DNA from: Ignavibacteriaceae bacterium | GTDB taxonomy: Bacteria > Bacteroidota > Ignavibacteria > Ignavibacteriales > Ignavibacteriaceae | Assembly: GCA_030584105.1 (NCBI GenBank) | Contig: CP129491.1 | Coordinates: forward strand, 2,186,503 to 2,250,502 | Direction: 5' to 3' | Length of the DNA stretch: 64,000 nucleotides | Shown here: positions 62,670 to 64,000 of the stretch, piece by piece | Layout: every line of letters starts with the position of its first letter | Position numbering within the stretch: the stretch's first letter is position 1 | Made by a program: the position numbers and the translations under genes | The notes under the pieces: generated by a model | Seen by the model: the letters and a program-made list of their open reading frames with translations, nothing else | The model's database searches: none | What the model was told of the DNA's origin: nothing

Positions 62670-63815
62670 ATGAAAATTCTGCTGATAATCAATTTTCCGG
62701 CACCGTATAGGGTCGAATTTCTGAATGAGGTCTCTTCCCGATTGGGTGAAAAGTTTGAAATCCTCTATACCGACGACGCAATACCGGGACATGACTGGGC
62801 GCCCGGGAACCTGAATCAAAGGTTTACATTTCTTGGAAATACGGGTGCAGGACTTGTTAATTTTGAGAGGGGAAATCTCAGGAGAGCGATTCGTTTGTTT
62901 AGATTTTTGGTGAAAAACAGCCCCGAAACTTTGGTGATTTACGGCGCAACCGTTCCAATGCTGGCGGCGTTTTTATACGGAATATTGTGGCGCAAAAAAC
63001 GGGTTTACATGACTGATTCGTGGGCTTTTTCTTATTCGAAACTCTCGTTAAGCCGGAAATTTATCCGCCGTTTTGTTTTCCGGTACAATCATCGCTACAT
63101 TGTAATTGGTGAAAACGGAAAGCAACATCTGATCGAACAAAAAATCGCGCCCGAAAAAATTGAAATTGTAAGGATTCCGCCGGTTGTGGGGCTTGAAAAA
63201 GAAATGCAACTGCCTGAGCAAAAAACCGCCTTTGAAAAAGCGGAAACGGGGCAGGTTCCGACGATAGAAAAATTGGAAAGCCCTCAGCCGGGGAAAAAAT
63301 ACGACCTCATTTTTGCCGGGAGATTCGTTCCGAGAAAGATGCCCCTTTTTTTCCTTGAAGTAGTTGAAAAACTGGCTGCACTTCGGAATATTCGTGCCGT
63401 AATGGTCGGCTCGGGCGCAATGAATGAGGAAATTGTGCGGGTGATTGCGGGTAAAAAATTGCCGGTTGATCTGCCCGGCTATGCAAAATATGAGGAGATG
63501 AGTGATTTTTATCGGGCTTCCAAAATTTTACTTTTCCCGACCGAGGACGATGTGTGGGGCATGGCTGCTCAGGAGGCGCTAAGTTGTGGGATTCCGGTTG
63601 TTGCAACACCGTTCTGCGGAATTGCAGGCGATCTGTTGCGAGATGGCGTGAATGGGTTTGTGCTTCCGCCCGATTCGGATGTTTGGGCTGAGAAAATTAA
63701 TCTGCTTCTTAACGAGCCGTATCTCTCGGAGTTCTCAGCAAATGCAAAAGCAGTGTTTGAGGGAATTTCACTCCGGTCAGAATGCGATAAATTTCTTAAA
63801 TTTGTTGATTTTTAA
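62670..63815 (+). CDS. GT-B glycosyltransferase (GT4 family)
   Basis: QEALSCGIPVVATPFCGIAGDLLRDGVNGFVL and ILLFPTEDDVWG. Confidence 0.7.
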   Translation: MKILLIINFPAPYRVEFLNEVSSRLGEKFEILYTDDAIPGHDWAPGNLNQRFTFLGNTGAGLVNFERGNLRRAIRLFRFLVKNSPETLVIYGATVPMLAAFLYGILWRKKRVYMTDSWAFSYSKLSLSRKFIRRFVFRYNHRYIVIGENGKQHLIEQKIAPEKIEIVRIPPVVGLEKEMQLPEQKTAFEKAETGQVPTIEKLESPQPGKKYDLIFAGRFVPRKMPLFFLEVVEKLAALRNIRAVMVGSGAMNEEIVRVIAGKKLPVDLPGYAKYEEMSDFYRASKILLFPTEDDVWGMAAQEALSCGIPVVATPFCGIAGDLLRDGVNGFVLPPDSDVWAEKINLLLNEPYLSEFSANAKAVFEGISLRSECDKFLKFVDF

Positions 63816-63892
63816 CGGTGTGGGGTGGAGTCAGTGTGGTTTTTGGTTTTTGGCATTTCCATAATAATGGGTTACTAAGTTTAATATTTAAC

Positions 63893-64000
63893 AACAGGCT
63901 TTCTCTTTGCTGAAAAAACATAACTCTTACGAATTCACACTTTCGGAGTTCGCTAAAAAAATGAAAATTTGGAAAAACAGGCTTTCTCTTTGCTGAAAAA
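63893..64000. repeat. 25-bp direct repeat pair at the window edge, period 83 bp
   Basis: AACAGGCTTTCTCTTTGCTGAAAAA occurs at 63893-63917 and 63976-64000, and the window ends inside or after copy 2. Confidence 0.8.

Noticed and set aside
1-64000. tRNA, rRNA, tmRNA, integrase, transposase, reverse transcriptase or Cas genes
   Set aside because: A search by eye for T-loop GGTTCGAATCC-like motifs, rRNA-like conserved blocks and the hallmark protein motifs in all listed ORFs found none. Absence should be confirmed with tRNAscan-SE, Infernal and HMM searches.

Overview
64-kb chromosomal window, probably from an FCB-group bacterium (Ignavibacteria/Bacteroidota-like). Two secreted enzymes end in N(Y/F)PNPFNPST-type T9SS sorting domains, and at least one promoter looks like the Bacteroidetes TAnnTTTG type. 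The GC-richer backbone (judged by eye) carries ordinary metabolism and envelope genes: a BNR beta-propeller protein, a SAM-methyltransferase, four GT-B glycosyltransferases, a GH13 amylase plus GlgX, outer-membrane barrels, a PQQ sugar dehydrogenase, a YfcH-like SDR, a HAD phosphatase, TyrA, DAHP synthase/chorismate mutase, GumN/TraB, an EEP nuclease, SdaA (frameshifted), a tryptophanase-like lyase and AMMECR1+MEMO. No tRNA, rRNA, CRISPR array, integrase or transposase was recognised. Two AT-rich accessory islands stand out. Island 1 (c. 15.35-32.65 kb, all minus strand) has four parts. (a) A translationally coupled DNA methyltransferase, double-GHKL ATPase/histidine-kinase-like protein and receiver-domain effector trio with no canonical restriction enzyme. 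(b) A 550-aa membrane protein built from three tandem-repeat families. (c) A split R-M-like set: T5orf172/GIY-YIG-DEAH helicase, Eco57I-like N6A methylase, and a 217-aa methylase N-terminal half. (d) A 5.3-kb cassette holding a TM coiled-coil repeat protein, an SF1B helicase-DUF559 nuclease and a DUF932-like protein. This cassette is bracketed by 222-bp direct repeats that duplicate the promoter and first 44 codons of the methylase fragment. Island 2 (c. 41.1-49.1 kb) carries a SAMHD1/COG1078-like HD hydrolase overlapping a Panacea/YwgA-like gene, a 903-aa PIN-like + DUF4435/Toprim-like protein, a lipoprotein and two multiply frameshifted pseudogenes. Other notable signals are a leader-peptide attenuator (MNTKKATNCYFYFYWYFTGHGWLL) upstream of DAHP synthase/chorismate mutase, many short tandem duplications that copy gene ends or ribosome-binding regions, and low-complexity in-frame insertions in conserved enzymes. 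All calls come from reading the ORF translations and the DNA by eye. No database search was run.
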